From positions 26,846,001 through 26,910,000 of the forward strand of contig OZ024756.1 of assembly GCA_964016885.1 (NCBI GenBank): a stretch of 64,000 nucleotides of DNA, in the 5' to 3' direction. This stretch comes from Eledone cirrhosa. Its lineage: Eukaryota. The notes beneath the pieces were generated by a model. That model was not told the origin of the DNA and made no database searches. It worked only from the letters and a program-made list of their open reading frames with translations. The position numbers and the translations under genes were made by a program. Shown in pieces: positions 1 to 13,939 of this stretch; position 1 is the stretch's first letter, and every line of letters begins with the position of its first letter.

Positions 1-48
1 TTGAGTACCTTACTTACTGTGGTTACCTCCGATTCAACCCGGAATAAC

Positions 49-84
<36 letters not shown>

Positions 85-142
85 TATGTCTATTCTTATA
101 TCTACCCTTTATATAAACTACCGATAAAGATTCTAACTTCAG

Positions 143-266
143 TGTTTCCGAAGAAGACGGTATAATCAAATTCATATATTATGTATGATAGTATACAGTT
201 CTATAACTGTTATAGATCAGTCAATATATCGATATGATCAATCAACTCCGAAACGATCGTAAAGCA
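143..266 (+). ncRNA. Type I hammerhead-like motif, variant core, long stem II insert
   Basis: tgttt-CCGAAGA-[~95 nt]-GAAAC-gatc-GTA-aagca; stem I pairs and stem III is palindromic, but the core carries U4C. Confidence 0.5.
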
Positions 267-372
267 ATGAATGAGATATGTAAAATAACTCGCCTTTGTT
301 ATCATTGTTAAAAGAACGATTATATAATATAATATAATATGATATATATATAATTATATGTGTGTGTCTGTC

Positions 373-442
<70 letters not shown>

Positions 443-1154
443 TACATATATACATATATATATACATATATACATATATATATATACATATATATATATA
501 CATTTATATATATTTTTATGTATATATACATATAACGGTGTGTTATTTCACAAATGTCATATTTGATAAAACTAAAATTCATTTAATGTAGCAATCATAA
601 ACATATTTCTTTTAAATATAACGCCTGTGCCATTTTACTTTGTACTCCTTATATATATATGTGTGTGTCTGTGTGTGTGTGTCTCTGTGTGTGTGTGTGT
701 ATACATAGTTTCAAATAAACAATAATATTTACAACATTCTTTGTGTTTTCTTTTGAGGCCATATTTTACAGAGTGGAAAACTCGAAATGTTGGAAGTGAA
801 AGAGAGATGTAAATTGTTCAAGGTGTGGAGAGAGGGTATGAGATATATGGAGAGGTTGTCGAATATGGAGAATTAATGGGTTTGTAACATAGAGAACATA
901 TTCAGTTTTTTAGAAAGGCAGAAGAAAAATTAGCTGAAGAAGTTGAGGAAGTATTAAGGAAAATAAAGTGGAGAAAAGCAGGAGAGTTGACAGGAGTCGT
1001 AGGAGATATCTTAAAGGGCAGCAAGAAATTTGCATGGGAAGAAGGAAAATGACAGAGATCTGTAGGTTGATGGTGAAACAATTCCCTAATTCCTCTAGAG
1101 GAAAGCAATCCTCTAGAATTTGCCTAAGTATACAGACTTTAGGGATAGGGACAA

Positions 1155-1200
<46 letters not shown>

Positions 1201-1202
1201 AT

Positions 1203-1299
<97 letters not shown>

Positions 1300-1448
1300 A
1301 TTATTTCTGAAGACGGCGTATATGTGTGTTTGGTATGTATATTTAATCTTGATAGTTTGTATAATTTTGTATAATTTTGTACATAGATCTGTTGAATATG
1401 CATGCCAATTCTAACACATATATATCCTAGAAACGATCGTTAAATAAT
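1300..1448 (+). ncRNA. Type I hammerhead ribozyme with ~115-nt stem II domain
   Basis: attattt-CTGAAGA-[tatatgtgtgtt...aacacatata]-GAAAC-gatc-GTT-aaataat; perfect 7-bp stem I; begins next to (TA)n. Confidence 0.65.
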
Positions 1449-1645
1449 GAACTTTTTTTGTTTAATATAAGGAACTGTTTCATTGTTTTATTCATTATTT
1501 GTTTAATATTTTATCTTGACTCTGTATACCGTTTATCTTTCACCGAAAGTGATTTTTCATTACATCTCTTCTTTCCATGATATCCGGAATACATTGAGTT
1601 CTTCATACGGATTGGACACTACCGTAAACTCTTGGTAGATTTATC

Positions 1646-1680
<35 letters not shown>

Positions 1681-1738
1681 AAAACGTGCTGCGGCGTTGC
1701 TAAAGGGTTACATATAAATAAAGTTAGTCCTTACTTTA

Positions 1739-1844
<106 letters not shown>

Positions 1845-1914
1845 CAATAATAAATATAAAGACCAAATATATATATATATACTATATACTTGTAGACAAA
1901 ATATTTATTATTAC

Positions 1915-2030
1915 CACAGATTAAATGTTTAAGTAAACAATTATTTCTGCTTTCCTCCTAAAGTGGGATCTTCAGAAGATCTTGCTTCAGAGTGAAAGCA
2001 GAAATTGTTTGCTTAAAAATTTAATCTGTG
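1915..2030. mobile_element. Imperfect fold-back element between (TA)n tracts, HHR-like remnant
   Basis: Arms cacagattaaatgtttaagtaaacaat...ctgctttc / gaaagcagaaattgtttgcttaaaaatttaatctgtg; minus strand reads CTGAAGA-tcc...gga-GAAAGCAG but stem I is poor; related copy near 23205-23350. Confidence 0.4.
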
Positions 2031-2039
2031 TTAATAATA

Positions 2040-2093
<54 letters not shown>

Positions 2094-2219
2094 CACACAC
2101 ATATATATCTATATATACATATAAGGGTTGGACGGGTCCATACAGATCAGTACTGTCTTAGACTGTATGGACCCATCCAATCCTTGCTAACAGTGGAAGC
2201 AGACATTAAAATGACGATG

Positions 2220-2261
<42 letters not shown>

Positions 2262-2441
2262 TATTATTATATATATATATATATATATATACAATTATTA
2301 TATATATATTGTTATACTTTGGGAGGGTCATGTTGCCAATAAGAAACACACGCACCAGTTGCTTTCACTTAAATTTATTATATATTTATAAATTTACAAA
2401 TCTATAAATTTATAAATTTCTGGTTGGTTGCATTCAGAAAC

Positions 2442-2490
<49 letters not shown>

Positions 2491-2524
2491 CATTTACACA
2501 CATATATATTTGTGTGTATATATA

Positions 2525-2740
<216 letters not shown>

Positions 2741-2767
2741 TATATACATATATATATACATATATAT

Positions 2768-2808
<41 letters not shown>

Positions 2809-3754
2809 CATTTACACACATATATATTTGTGTGTGTATTTTGATGTGTTTGTATAAATGTTAACGAAAGTAAAGAAAAAGAAAGTAATGAGAAAATATG
2901 GTAAAATGTGTTTTACTTACATGTATTAAGAAATGTTCCTCCGTATGAACAGACACTCTAGGTTCATGGTAACTCTGTACAACTGGAAAGATCTTAATCC
3001 TGTCTCAGTTGTTTGAACAGGTCAAAGAATTTAAGTGAATGAAAGTGGTTGTGTGTGTGTGTATGTGTGGGTGTGTAGTGTGTATGTGTGTAGTGTGTAT
3101 GTGTGGGTGTGTAATGTGTATGTGTGGGGGTGTGTAATGTGTATGTGTGTAGTGTGTATGTGTGTAATGTGTATGTGTGTAGTGTGTATGTGTGGGTGTG
3201 TAATGTGCATGTGTGTAGTGTGTATGTGTGGGTGTGTGGGGGGGGGTGTAATGTGTATGTGTGGGGGTGTGTAATGTGTGGTGTGTATGTGTGAGTAGTG
3301 TAGTGTGTATGTGTGTAGTGTGTATGTGTGGGTGTGTAATGTGTATGTGTGTAGTGTGTATGTGTGGGTGTGTGGGGGTGTGTAATGTGTATGTGTGTAG
3401 TGGATGTGTGGGGGTGTGTAATGTGTGGTGTGTATGTGTGAGTAGTGTAGTGTAGTGTAGTGTGTGTGTGTGGTGGGTGAAAATAGTAGGTCTTTTTTGT
3501 TTACCTAAATATACCATTGATATTTATTATTATTGTAGTGTAGTAGTAGTAGTAGTAGTGGTGGTGGTGGTGGTGGTGGTGGTAGTAGTGGTGGTGGCAG
3601 TAGTACTAGTAGTAGTAGTAGTAGTGGTAGTTGTGGTAGTAGTAGTGGTGGAGGTGGTAGTAGTAGTAGTGGTGGTGGCAGTAGTACTAGTAGTAGTAGT
3701 GGTAGTAGTGGTAGTAGTAGTGGTGGAGGTGGTAGTAGGAGTAGTGGTGGTGGC

Positions 3755-3791
<37 letters not shown>

Positions 3792-4015
3792 ATGGTAGTA
3801 GTAGTAGTGGTAGTAGTAGTAGTAATAGTAGTAGTGGTGGTGGTGGTGGTAGCAGAGCAGCAACAGCAGCAGCAGCAGCAATAGTAACAGTAGTAGTAAT
3901 AGTAGTACTAGCAGCAGCAGCAGCAGCAGCAGTATTATTATTATTATTATTATTAATAGTAATGGTAGTAGTAGTAGTGATTAATTATAGTTAGGTGATA
4001 ATGATGGTGCTGGTA

Positions 4016-4047
<32 letters not shown>

Positions 4048-4147
4048 CAATCCCTATTCCAGCTAAAGAATCCTTGTTACTTGCACTTAATTTTCCCAAC
4101 CTAATCTCTACACTCTGTTCTTGGATTGGATTGTACACAAACCTATG

Positions 4148-4200
<53 letters not shown>

Positions 4201-4429
4201 TATATATATATATATCTCGTTTCTGAATTTGTTTAGCAAGATTCTTTGTCTGAAATCGTGTGTTGAAACCGATATTGTTATACTTTGGGAGGGTCATGTT
4301 GCCAATAAGAAACACACGCACCAGTTGCTTTCACTTCAATTTATTATAAATTTATAAATTTACAAATTTACAAACTTATAAATTTCTGGTTGGTTGGTTG
4401 GTTCCACAACCAGATAGTTGTTTATATAT

Positions 4430-4474
4430 AGTCATAGTCCTTTCGTCACACACTCTGTGACCTCTTCAGTGACT
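4430..4474 (-). ncRNA. Type I hammerhead ribozyme, mirror copy
   Basis: Exact reverse complement of 4555-4599. Confidence 0.75.
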
Positions 4475-4554
4475 GGGGATTCCTTTCTTTGTTTCTGTGG
4501 ATAGAAGAGAGGATAGAAGAAAGGAAAGGCACAGAAACAAAGAAAGGAATCCCC

Positions 4555-4599
4555 AGTCACTGAAGAGGTCACAGAGTGTGTGACGAAAGGACTATGACT
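4555..4599 (+). ncRNA. Type I hammerhead ribozyme (minimal stem III)
   Basis: agtca-CTGAAGA-g-gtcaca-gagtg-tgtgac-GAAA-ggac-TA-tgact. Confidence 0.75.
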
Positions 4600-4789
4600 A
4601 TATATAAACAACTATCTGGTTGTGGAACCAACCAACCAACCAGAAATTTATAAGTTTGTAAATTTGTAAATTTATAAATTTATAAATATATAATAAATTG
4701 AAGTGAAAGCAACTGGTGCGTGTGTTTCTTATTGGCAACATGACCCTCCCAAAGTATAACAATATATATATATCATTTCATCATTTCAT

Positions 4790-5226
<437 letters not shown>

Positions 5227-5913
5227 GTATACATGCTTTGTTTTTAACTATTCAAAGTTATTACATTATTTCTTCATATAGAAGAAAATGTCTTTGAGAT
5301 TAAATCTCAGAAGCAAGAAGTTGGGCTGGATAAAAGTTTAGAGGAAACAACTTCCTTGAAATCAAAAGTAATCGGTCTCGCCCTCATACCCTATTTAAGT
5401 ATGGTGCATTGGGTACAAAACTATTATGAATAAAAGAGAGAGCATGAGAGAGAAAGAAAGAAAAGAGAGAGAGAGAGAGAGATAGATAAATAGACAGGCA
5501 GATAGATAGATAGAGAGATAGACAGCTATACAGATAGATAAATAGACAGATAGATGGATAGACAGGCAGATAGACAGATAGACAGATAGATAGATAGAGA
5601 GAGAGTGAGACTGTGAGTGAAACTGTAAGTGAGAGTGAGAGATAGATAGATAGATAGAGAGAGAGAAAGGGTGAGACTATAAGAAAGAAAAAAAGAGTGA
5701 GAGTATTTCCTATCAACTTGGCAACTGACCATCGACAACATTGCCAAAAATACTTATTATTCAAATAACTAGCAGGAATTAAATCACTGACCAGTGACAC
5801 TGTTTGGACAAAGGAACGCCTGTCACATGGAATCTATGACAAATCTACTTTGTCATTCTATTTTTCTTATTTATAATAGTTACTTTTAAAACTATCATTT
5901 TTATTATTAAAAT

Positions 5914-6630
5914 TGGTGGTTTGGCAGTATTGGTAGAGCGTCAGACACCATGTTTTGCAGCATAGAGTTATGGCCCTTTACGTTCTGAGTTCAAATCCTG
6001 CTGAGGTTGGCTTTGCTTTTCATCCTTATGGGGTCGATAAAATAAAGTACCAGTCACGCCCTGGGGTCGATTTAATCGACTTTCCCCTCCCCCAAAATTG
6101 TTGGCCTTGTGCCTATATAAGAAACCATTATTAAAATCGGTGGATTGACAGTATCGGTAGAGCGTCAGACACCATGCTTTGCAGTATAGAGTTATGACCC
6201 TTTGCGTTCTGAGTTCAAATCCTGCTGAAGTTAGCTTAGCCTTCCATCCTTACGGGGGTCGATAAAACAAAGTACCAGTAATGCACTGGGGTAATTGCTG
6301 GCCTTGTGCCAAAAGTAGAAACATTATTAAAATCATCATCATCATCATCATCATCGTCATCATAACCATCACCCATTATTATTTTGTTTTGAGTTAAGGA
6401 TAGTGGATTTGCAGAATCGGTAGAGCGTCGGACATGCTCTATGGTATCTAGTTTCAGCCCTTTACATTCTGGGTTCAAATTCTGCCAAGGTTAGCTTTGT
6501 CTTTCATCCTTATGGGGTCGATAAAATAAAGTACCAGTAATGCACTGGGGTTGATTTAATTGACTTTCTCCTTCCCCCAAAATTGCTGGCCTTATGCCTA
6601 AATCAGAAGCCATTATTATTATTATTATTA
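5914..6630 (+). mobile_element. Cluster of three tRNA-derived SINEs (main family)
   Basis: Each has A box TGGCAGTAT(C/T)GG, B box GAGTTCAAATCC, conserved body ctttcatccttacggggtcgataaaataaagtaccag and an (ATT)n tail. Confidence 0.85.
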
Positions 6631-6748
6631 TCCTCTCCTTCATTAGGATTGATCTTAATTCCTGGTTTAGACAAAATAGTCGACCACATCTTGTGGTCTT
6701 AGCTATCATGATGATGTTTCCTTCTTTTTAGTTTGTATCCAATACCTT

Positions 6749-7430
6749 TCATATTATTCTAGTCGTTCCAAGCAAACAAGTTTTCTGTAATATTTCCACC
6801 ATAAAATTCGATTCTAGTTTTTCTATCATTTTATCAAAATTCTTTGTGATCGTCCCTATGGCTCCAACGACCACTGGTATCACTTCCACCTTTTTCATCT
6901 TCCACATTCTTGAAATTTCATACTCCAGAGTGGCCATAATTTGTACTCTTTTCTTCTTTTCCTTCTATGTGAATATCAAATGGACAAGCTGGGTCTATCA
7001 ACTGATACATTTTGATTTTCTTTTTGATTATAGTGATGCCTGGTCTATTATGATCTAGCCGTTTATCGGTTTGTATGGGTAAATCCTATAAATTCTTGCA
7101 GTCTTCCAACTACAATAGTTTTTCCAGTTGGTGCATGTACCATTTGTCTGCCTTATCAAATTCCCACTTTTCACACAGTTTCAAGTCGATTACTTTGGCC
7201 ACATTATCATATCTCACCTTTTTATATTCATTTTGAATAAGTTTCAGACACTCCAAGACAATGTGTACTACTGTTTCAACTGCATTGCCATACAATCAAC
7301 ACAGAGGAAATACATCTCCATATATTTATTTTCTAATGTTATTCATGGAAATTACCTGATCTTGTGCTGCAATTATTCTGCTCTCTGTTTCCTTTTTCAA
7401 ATACTCCTTCTTTAGCCAATCCAATGATTT
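6749..7430 (-). mobile_element. Decayed R4/Dong-like non-LTR retrotransposon 3' end (zinc knuckle + RLE)
   Basis: ETVVHIVLECLKLIQNEYKKVRYDNVAK and VIPVVVGAIGTI...LQKTCLLGTTRII; frameshifts and stops present. Confidence 0.8.
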
Positions 7431-7929
7431 TATTCCATCACTACATCTGTTGAACCCCAGTGTTCTAGTTTAGCATGTTGGTATAGCACTGATGAGCTTT
7501 TCTCCTCCTTAAGTTCTCACCAGTGTTCTCAATAGATAACATAGACATAAAGATCATATCCACTCATTGAACTGACACAACACCCAGACAAATTACAGAG
7601 GCCACACATACTAGAAGATAAACCTAGTCTGAACAGAAAACACCAGTGGAATAGCAGCCTGCAACTTAACGACTGAAGACAGAATAGGGGAAAAAAAAAA
7701 CTATTAACAGCAAAAGATACAAATCCACACACACAGACATGATAAACACAAAAAGGTCCAGGCGCAAACTGATGTGAAGACATTAATCATGAGAAACATA
7801 CCAGAAAAGAAAGACAAGATGGAGTAGAAGTTTAAGACCAGAAAGAAGAGGAGACACAAAACATATAGTCATTAAGGAGATCACAGAAAGAATTTTGAGA
7901 AACAAATGAATAACATGCAATAAAGATAT

Positions 7930-8320
7930 TCTTGATCTACCTCTACCACAACTTCCTTCCACTGGCATTTCCAGACTTCTTCACCCAACGACCATTCTCC
8001 ATGTGCATCACATGTCCAAACCAACTCAGTCTTCTCTCCTGCACACTACCTAGAATTCCTCTTAAACCCAGCTTCTCCTTGTCCAAATTCTGTCTCTTTC
8101 TCACACTTACATTGCACATCAAACGAAGCACAGTTGCTTCATTTCTCTCCAGTCTACACATCCTCTGCAGTCAGAAATATATATATATATATACATTAGA
8201 TCAGTGAAGCTCACGGTGGAGATGACGAGGGACCGTGACGAGTGGAGAGATGCTGTGCTGAATAAGACCCGTCCCACCCTTGCAAGCAGGGAAAAGCGGA
8301 CGTAAAATGATGATGATGAT
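7930..8320. mobile_element. RTE-clade LINE 3' fragments
   Basis: RLERNEATVLRLMC...ERRLSWFGHVMHME on the minus strand, plus an RTE-type tail at 8205-8320. Confidence 0.7.
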
Positions 8321-8387
8321 GATAATTTTTTACTTATACAAATATATATATATATATATATACACATATATAAATGTTTAATGCCTG

Positions 8388-8422
<35 letters not shown>

Positions 8423-8680
8423 TGAGAGAGAGAGAGAGAGCACGAGTTAATGGCTACAGAATATGGTGACTAAATCAGTGCTGCATTTCCACATTGTTTT
8501 ATTCCAAAGGGAAGGGGGTGTACAAACATCATAGATATATACACATACACACTACTCCACACATCATCCTGCACAAAGTACTTATAATGTACATGTGTAG
8601 TAAGAAGGGGTAAGACAGTATTAAAACGTATTAAAGAGTGAGAATTAACAAGAGAAATATTGGAAACAAACAGAATAATT

Positions 8681-8714
<34 letters not shown>

Positions 8715-9374
8715 ATCCTGCTACTATCATTGAGTTAAGCCTTTCAATTCATCTGTAAGGCAAGGTAAGCAACTCTGCTTGCCAAAATCAGCTTAGCTGA
8801 GGAGTATGTGACAACTAAATTGCTCTCACTCTAGTTTTGTAACAGTGGAGGCTTTTGACGTTCTTGGTCCCCAGACCTACTCATCACTGCTATCGGGGTG
8901 GAGTTGGTTACCTGCAATTGCAAGCCCCATGAGGTGGATGGCTGTTGTAGCATGTCTATCTTGCCATCCTCTAGAGCAATGTCTTCTCCATCCTAGCAAA
9001 GTCCTTCAAATCATGCCTCAGTCATGTTTTGGACACCATAGCTCAGTCTAGTAAAGAGTTAGTTTCTAGTCATATATCCAGATGTATGCAAAATTTCTTG
9101 GGAGGAATTCGTCTAGAGTCCTTTGGAGTTTTATGGGATCCATTCCTGGTTTGATACATTTTGGTACAATATTAAAGAAAGCAAGGTCAATTGAGGTGAA
9201 ATAGTTGTGTCGTAATGTCATTATGAGATGCAGGGTCAATTTTTATAGTAGGCAGATAGCATGAGCACCAAGCCTTGGGTGAATTTTTCTTTGGCAATGT
9301 TGATGGAATATTTTCTACATAATACAAATCATGTAGCACTCACCAATGTATTGGAGAGAGTAAAGTTTGAGTGT

Positions 9375-9419
9375 GTTGAATGTAAGTGTTTCATTTTACT
9401 CTCAGCTCATCAGTTTGAC
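9375..9419 (-). ncRNA. Degenerate hammerhead motif downstream of the PLE ORF remnant
   Basis: gtcaaa-CTGATGA-gctgagagtaaaat-GAAAC-actt-ACA-ttcaac; the cleavage triplet and stems are decayed. Confidence 0.4.
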
Positions 9420-9789
9420 CATCTTAAAATGAACCTCTGTATTGGTTCAAGTCTTCTTTTATAAAAAAAAACTCCCAGAAGCAATAATTATTAGAGGGTT
9501 AGTGTAGGAATGAAAGAGGGAGGCAACCCCTTTTTAAAAAAAATGATAGCTGGAGCTAACTTATGTCATATTTATAGGTTAATAGAAGCAAGTTGTTGAG
9601 TGCATTAATAAGCTACAAAGGGTAGATCCAATAAGGTAGAGAACTTTAGGAGGGGGTGGAGGAAAGGAGCATTTGGTGGTGGTGCACATTAGTTGGTTTA
9701 TTGGAGAGCTAATTAGTCAAACGGAGAGGTGAAGTGTGTGTGTCAAAGTGCATTGATTATGTTGTGTGTGAGAGATTCTAAATTTGGAA

Positions 9790-10300
9790 TTTTCCAATTT
9801 TTAAGGATGTAGCTGGACATGTGTGGGCAACAGCTGAAGAAATCTGCTCATGTATTTAGACACTCATGGAGTGCAAATTTTTTAGGATGTTCTTTCATGT
9901 ACATAAATTACATAACTTCATTCCATTTGCTTACGGGTTAGATCTTTCAAGAATCCACCATTCAATGGAGAATTATGTGTCACTATTCTTGAGGGTCCAC
10001 ATGTGGTTTGCAGGTTTTGTGGCAGATCTCTTGACTGGGTGCCTAAAGGTCATTTCAAGGTTAAGGAAACAGCGTATAAAAGCAACACTCGAACATTTTC
10101 CACATATGCCCTTCACCTCATGCTGCTGGTTCGGTTGAGCCGAGTTGACTTCTGCTTCATCTATCATAGTGGGTATGTTGCATTCATGGTCAAGGGGGCA
10201 TATGTCTGGTCTTCTGGTGTAGGAGAACTCTTGGGTTTGTTGGTGATGAAGGATTGATACTTCTGCACACATGGTTAAATATTTGCCTAAACTTACAGGA
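9790..10300 (-). mobile_element. Decayed Penelope-like element ORF C-terminus (GIY-YIG endonuclease region)
   Basis: ICPLDHECNIPTMIDEAEV...FRHPVKRSATKPANHMWTLKNS then IEWWILERSNP*ANGMKLCNLCT; resembles the PLE pattern CPLxGxC...STxLSxHIWxLK...IxWxIL...CNLC. Confidence 0.7.
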
Positions 10301-10656
10301 AAATGTTTAATTGAGTGATAAAAACATGCACGTACGTACGTACGTGCGTGCGTGCATGCACACGTGAGTGAGAGAGAAATAACAAGAAAACTCAATTCAA
10401 ACTATGTTGCAAAATATTTATTGATAAGTAAGCACTGCTTTTGTTTTTATTAAACATTAGATACCACATTGCACATATATACACATGCATGCATATATAT
10501 ATATATACATACACACACACACACACACACATGCATATATATATATATACATACACAGACAGGGTGTCTATAAAGCTTGAATGCAATTTAAAATACAAAT
10601 ATTTTAAATTGCAGACTTTATGAACATCCTGTACATACATACTTTATATTTATATT

Positions 10657-10688
<32 letters not shown>

Positions 10689-10692
10689 TACT

Positions 10693-10739
<47 letters not shown>

Positions 10740-10742
10740 CAC

Positions 10743-10773
<31 letters not shown>

Positions 10774-10837
10774 ATATACATATATACTACATACACACAC
10801 ACACACATATATATATATACACACATATATACTACAT

Positions 10838-10870
<33 letters not shown>

Positions 10871-10887
10871 CACACATATATATATAT

Positions 10888-10936
<49 letters not shown>

Positions 10937-11119
10937 TACAAACAAACAAACGCATACATGCACCCACGTGCATGTATGTATATGTTAGTGGCCACCACTG
11001 GGATTGGAAAATTGGAATGCAGACAATACAGTTTGCAATAATAAAGATTTCTAAATGAGGCTGAAGACCAATCATATGAGCAGATTGTTGTGAGTTTATA
11101 TATCAACACCAAAGTACTT

Positions 11120-13022
11120 AACTGTTACTTGATTTTACTGTCCTAGTGGGGATCAAAGGCATGGATGTGTAGGCAGGATTTGAACTCAGAACACAGATAT
11201 TTAGAACTAAATACTGTTAGTCGGGCGTTCAACAGATTTTGTCACTTTATTGATGACAATAATGGTTTCTGGTTTAGGCACAAGGCCAGCAATTTTGGAG
11301 GAGAGGAGAAAGTCGATTAAATTGACCCCAGTGTATTACTGGTACTTTATTTTATCGACCTTGTAAGGATGAAAGGCAAAGTTAACCTGAGAGGGATTTG
11401 AAATCAGAACGTAAAGGGCCATAAGTATATGCTGCAAAGCATGTCTGATGCTCTACTTATTCTGCCAATCCACTACCCTTAATAATGGTTTCCAATTTAG
11501 GCACAAGGCCAACAATTTTGGGGGAGAAGAAAGTCGATATTGACCCCAGAGCATTACTGGTATTTTGTTATCGACCCTGTAAGGATAAAAGGCAAAGCTA
11601 ACCTTAGCACGATTTGAACTCAATGTAAAGTGACATAACTACATGCCACAAAGCTTGTGGTCCAACGCTCTACCAATACCATGACAATCCACTGCCCTTT
11701 TATTAATAATAATAATAATAATTGTTTCTACTTTTGGCCCAAGGCCAGCAATTACCCAGTACATTACTGGTACTTTATTTTATCGACCTCGTAAGGATGA
11801 AAGGCAAAGTTAACCTTGGCTGGATTTGAATTCTGATCATACAGGGAGGTAACTCTATGCTTCAAAGCATGGCGTCCGACCCTCTACCGATACTGCCAAT
11901 CCACAATAATAATAGAATATATTGCTGATGATAATGATAATAATCATGATTTCTGACAAGCACAAAGCCACAAATTTTTGAGAGGAGCAGGACAGTTGGT
12001 TAATTTGGACACCAGTACGAAAATGGTACCTACTGACCTCCTCCTTCCCAGAAGAATAAAAGGCAAAGTAAACCTTGGTGAGATTTCAACTCACAATAAA
12101 AAATAAATGTAAAAATACTGCAAGGTAGTAGTTTTTTATGGCATCTACTGATGGCCAATAATAATTGTTTCTACTATTGGCACAAGGCCAGCAATTATCC
12201 CAGTGCATTACTGGTACTTTATTTTAGCGACCTTGTAAAGGCAAAGTTAGCCTCGGCAGGATTTGAACTCAGAATGGTAAGGGCCATAACTAAATGCGCC
12301 AAAGCATGGCGTCCGACCCTCTACCGATACTGCCAATCCACAGAACACCTCACTTGATAATAATGCTTTCTTTATAATAAATGTTTCTACTTTTGGCACA
12401 AGGCCATCAATTACCCAGTACATTACTGGTACTTTATTTTATCGACCCCGTAAGGATGAAAGGCAAAGTTAACCTTGGCGGGATTTGAACTCAGAATGGC
12501 AAGGGCCGTAACTCAATGCGTCAAAGCATGGCGTCCAACCCTCTACCGATACTGCCAATAGTAATAATTATGGTTTCTGACTTAGGCACAAGGCCAGCAA
12601 TTTTTTGGGGGTGGGGAGTCGATTAAATCGACCCCAGTGTATTACTGGTACTTTATTTTATCGACCCTATAAGGATGAAAGGCAAAGCTAACCTTGGCAG
12701 AATTTGAAATCAGATCATAAAGGGCCGTAACTCTATGGTGTAAAGCATGATTTCTGATGCTCTATTGATACTGTGAATCCACCGCCTTATAAGAATTATA
12801 ATTTTTAACAGGCAAAAAACCCAGCAAAATTTTTTTTTAGGGGGGGGGGGGGGCATTTGATTCTATCAATCCTATTAGTTTATTAGTACTTAATTGACCA
12901 CTAGTACTTCATTGGTACTTTATATATCAACCCCCAACAAGATAAAAGGCAAAGTTGACCTCAGCAGGATTTGAACTCAGAATGTAAAAGCTTGAACAAA
13001 AAAAAAAACCCCCCAAAAAAAC

Positions 13023-13059
<37 letters not shown>

Positions 13060-13440
13060 AGTCCAATTTTGTTTGACATTCTACCAATTCTGCCAATTTA
13101 TATCATCACCATCATCAACAACAGTAATGCTTTCTTTTTTGATAAGGAACGATTTATATTTTAGTGGTGAGCAGGTAAGTAGCAATGCTTTGATGTGTAC
13201 AGGCCTCTCTCTCAAGGACATTAGAACAGTGATGACAAGTAAAATAATAATTGTTTCTACTTTTGGCACAAGGCCAGCAATTACCCAGTGCATTACTGGT
13301 ACTTTATTTTATCGACCCTGTAAGGATGAAAGGCAAAGTTAACCTCGGCGGGATTTGAACTCAGAATGGCAAGGGCCGTAACTCAATGCGTCAAAGCATC
13401 GCGTCCGACCCTCTACCGATACTGCCAATCCACCGACAAG
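11120..13440 (-). mobile_element. Head-to-tail cluster of about 8-9 main-family SINEs
   Basis: Repeated gcacaaggccagcaat...ggtactttattttatcgacc...ggatttgaactcag...tgccaatccac units separated by (AAT)n. Confidence 0.85.
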
Positions 13441-13541
13441 TAAAATAATAATAATGGGCAAATTACAAAACACCCATACATACACACAAAAAAAAAAAAA
13501 AAAGTCATTAATAATACTGTAAAAATATATATACATATATA

Positions 13542-13894
13542 TAGTGCGATCCCGGCATTTGCAGTCCCGGTTATTCACGGAATTTTTCTCAGAACCTCTC
13601 TAATATAGTTGTTTGTGGAAACCATATTCACAGAATCGTAAATATCTTAGATTTTTTTTTTATTATGGCTGTTTTTGTGGCAATATATATATATAAATAT
13701 ATATATTTTTTTTTAATGCTAAATTATTAATAACGGCCTATTGAACGACCCCTTCATATAAGATGCTCCTTTTTTTTTTTATTATATTTTACATATTTTG
13801 ACGTTTATAGGCATTTTTATGGACCACGTCCAATATTCGCGGCTGCTCTGGGAACATAACCCCTGCGAAAACCGGGGGGGGGGGGGGACAACTG
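13542..13894. mobile_element. Tc1/pogo (Tigger-like) MITE remnant
   Basis: Degenerate termini agtgcgatcccggcatttgc / gcgaaaaccggg...acaactg with internal attcacgg/attcgcgg motifs. Confidence 0.4.
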
Positions 13895-13906
13895 TGTGTA
13901 TGTATG

Positions 13907-13939
<33 letters not shown>

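Larger units (their letters stand above)
4217..4765. mobile_element. (TA)n-embedded fold-back element with ~230-bp inverted arms and two HHRs
   Basis: 4272-4499 is a near-perfect reverse complement of 4530-4765 with a 30-nt purine spacer; a fragment of the same family lies at 2310-2446. Confidence 0.85.

Noticed and set aside
11120-13440. Repeat-spacer pattern resembling a CRISPR array or tRNA gene cluster
   Set aside because: The units are ~190-bp SINEs with A/B boxes and no full cloverleaf; eukaryotic context and no cas genes.
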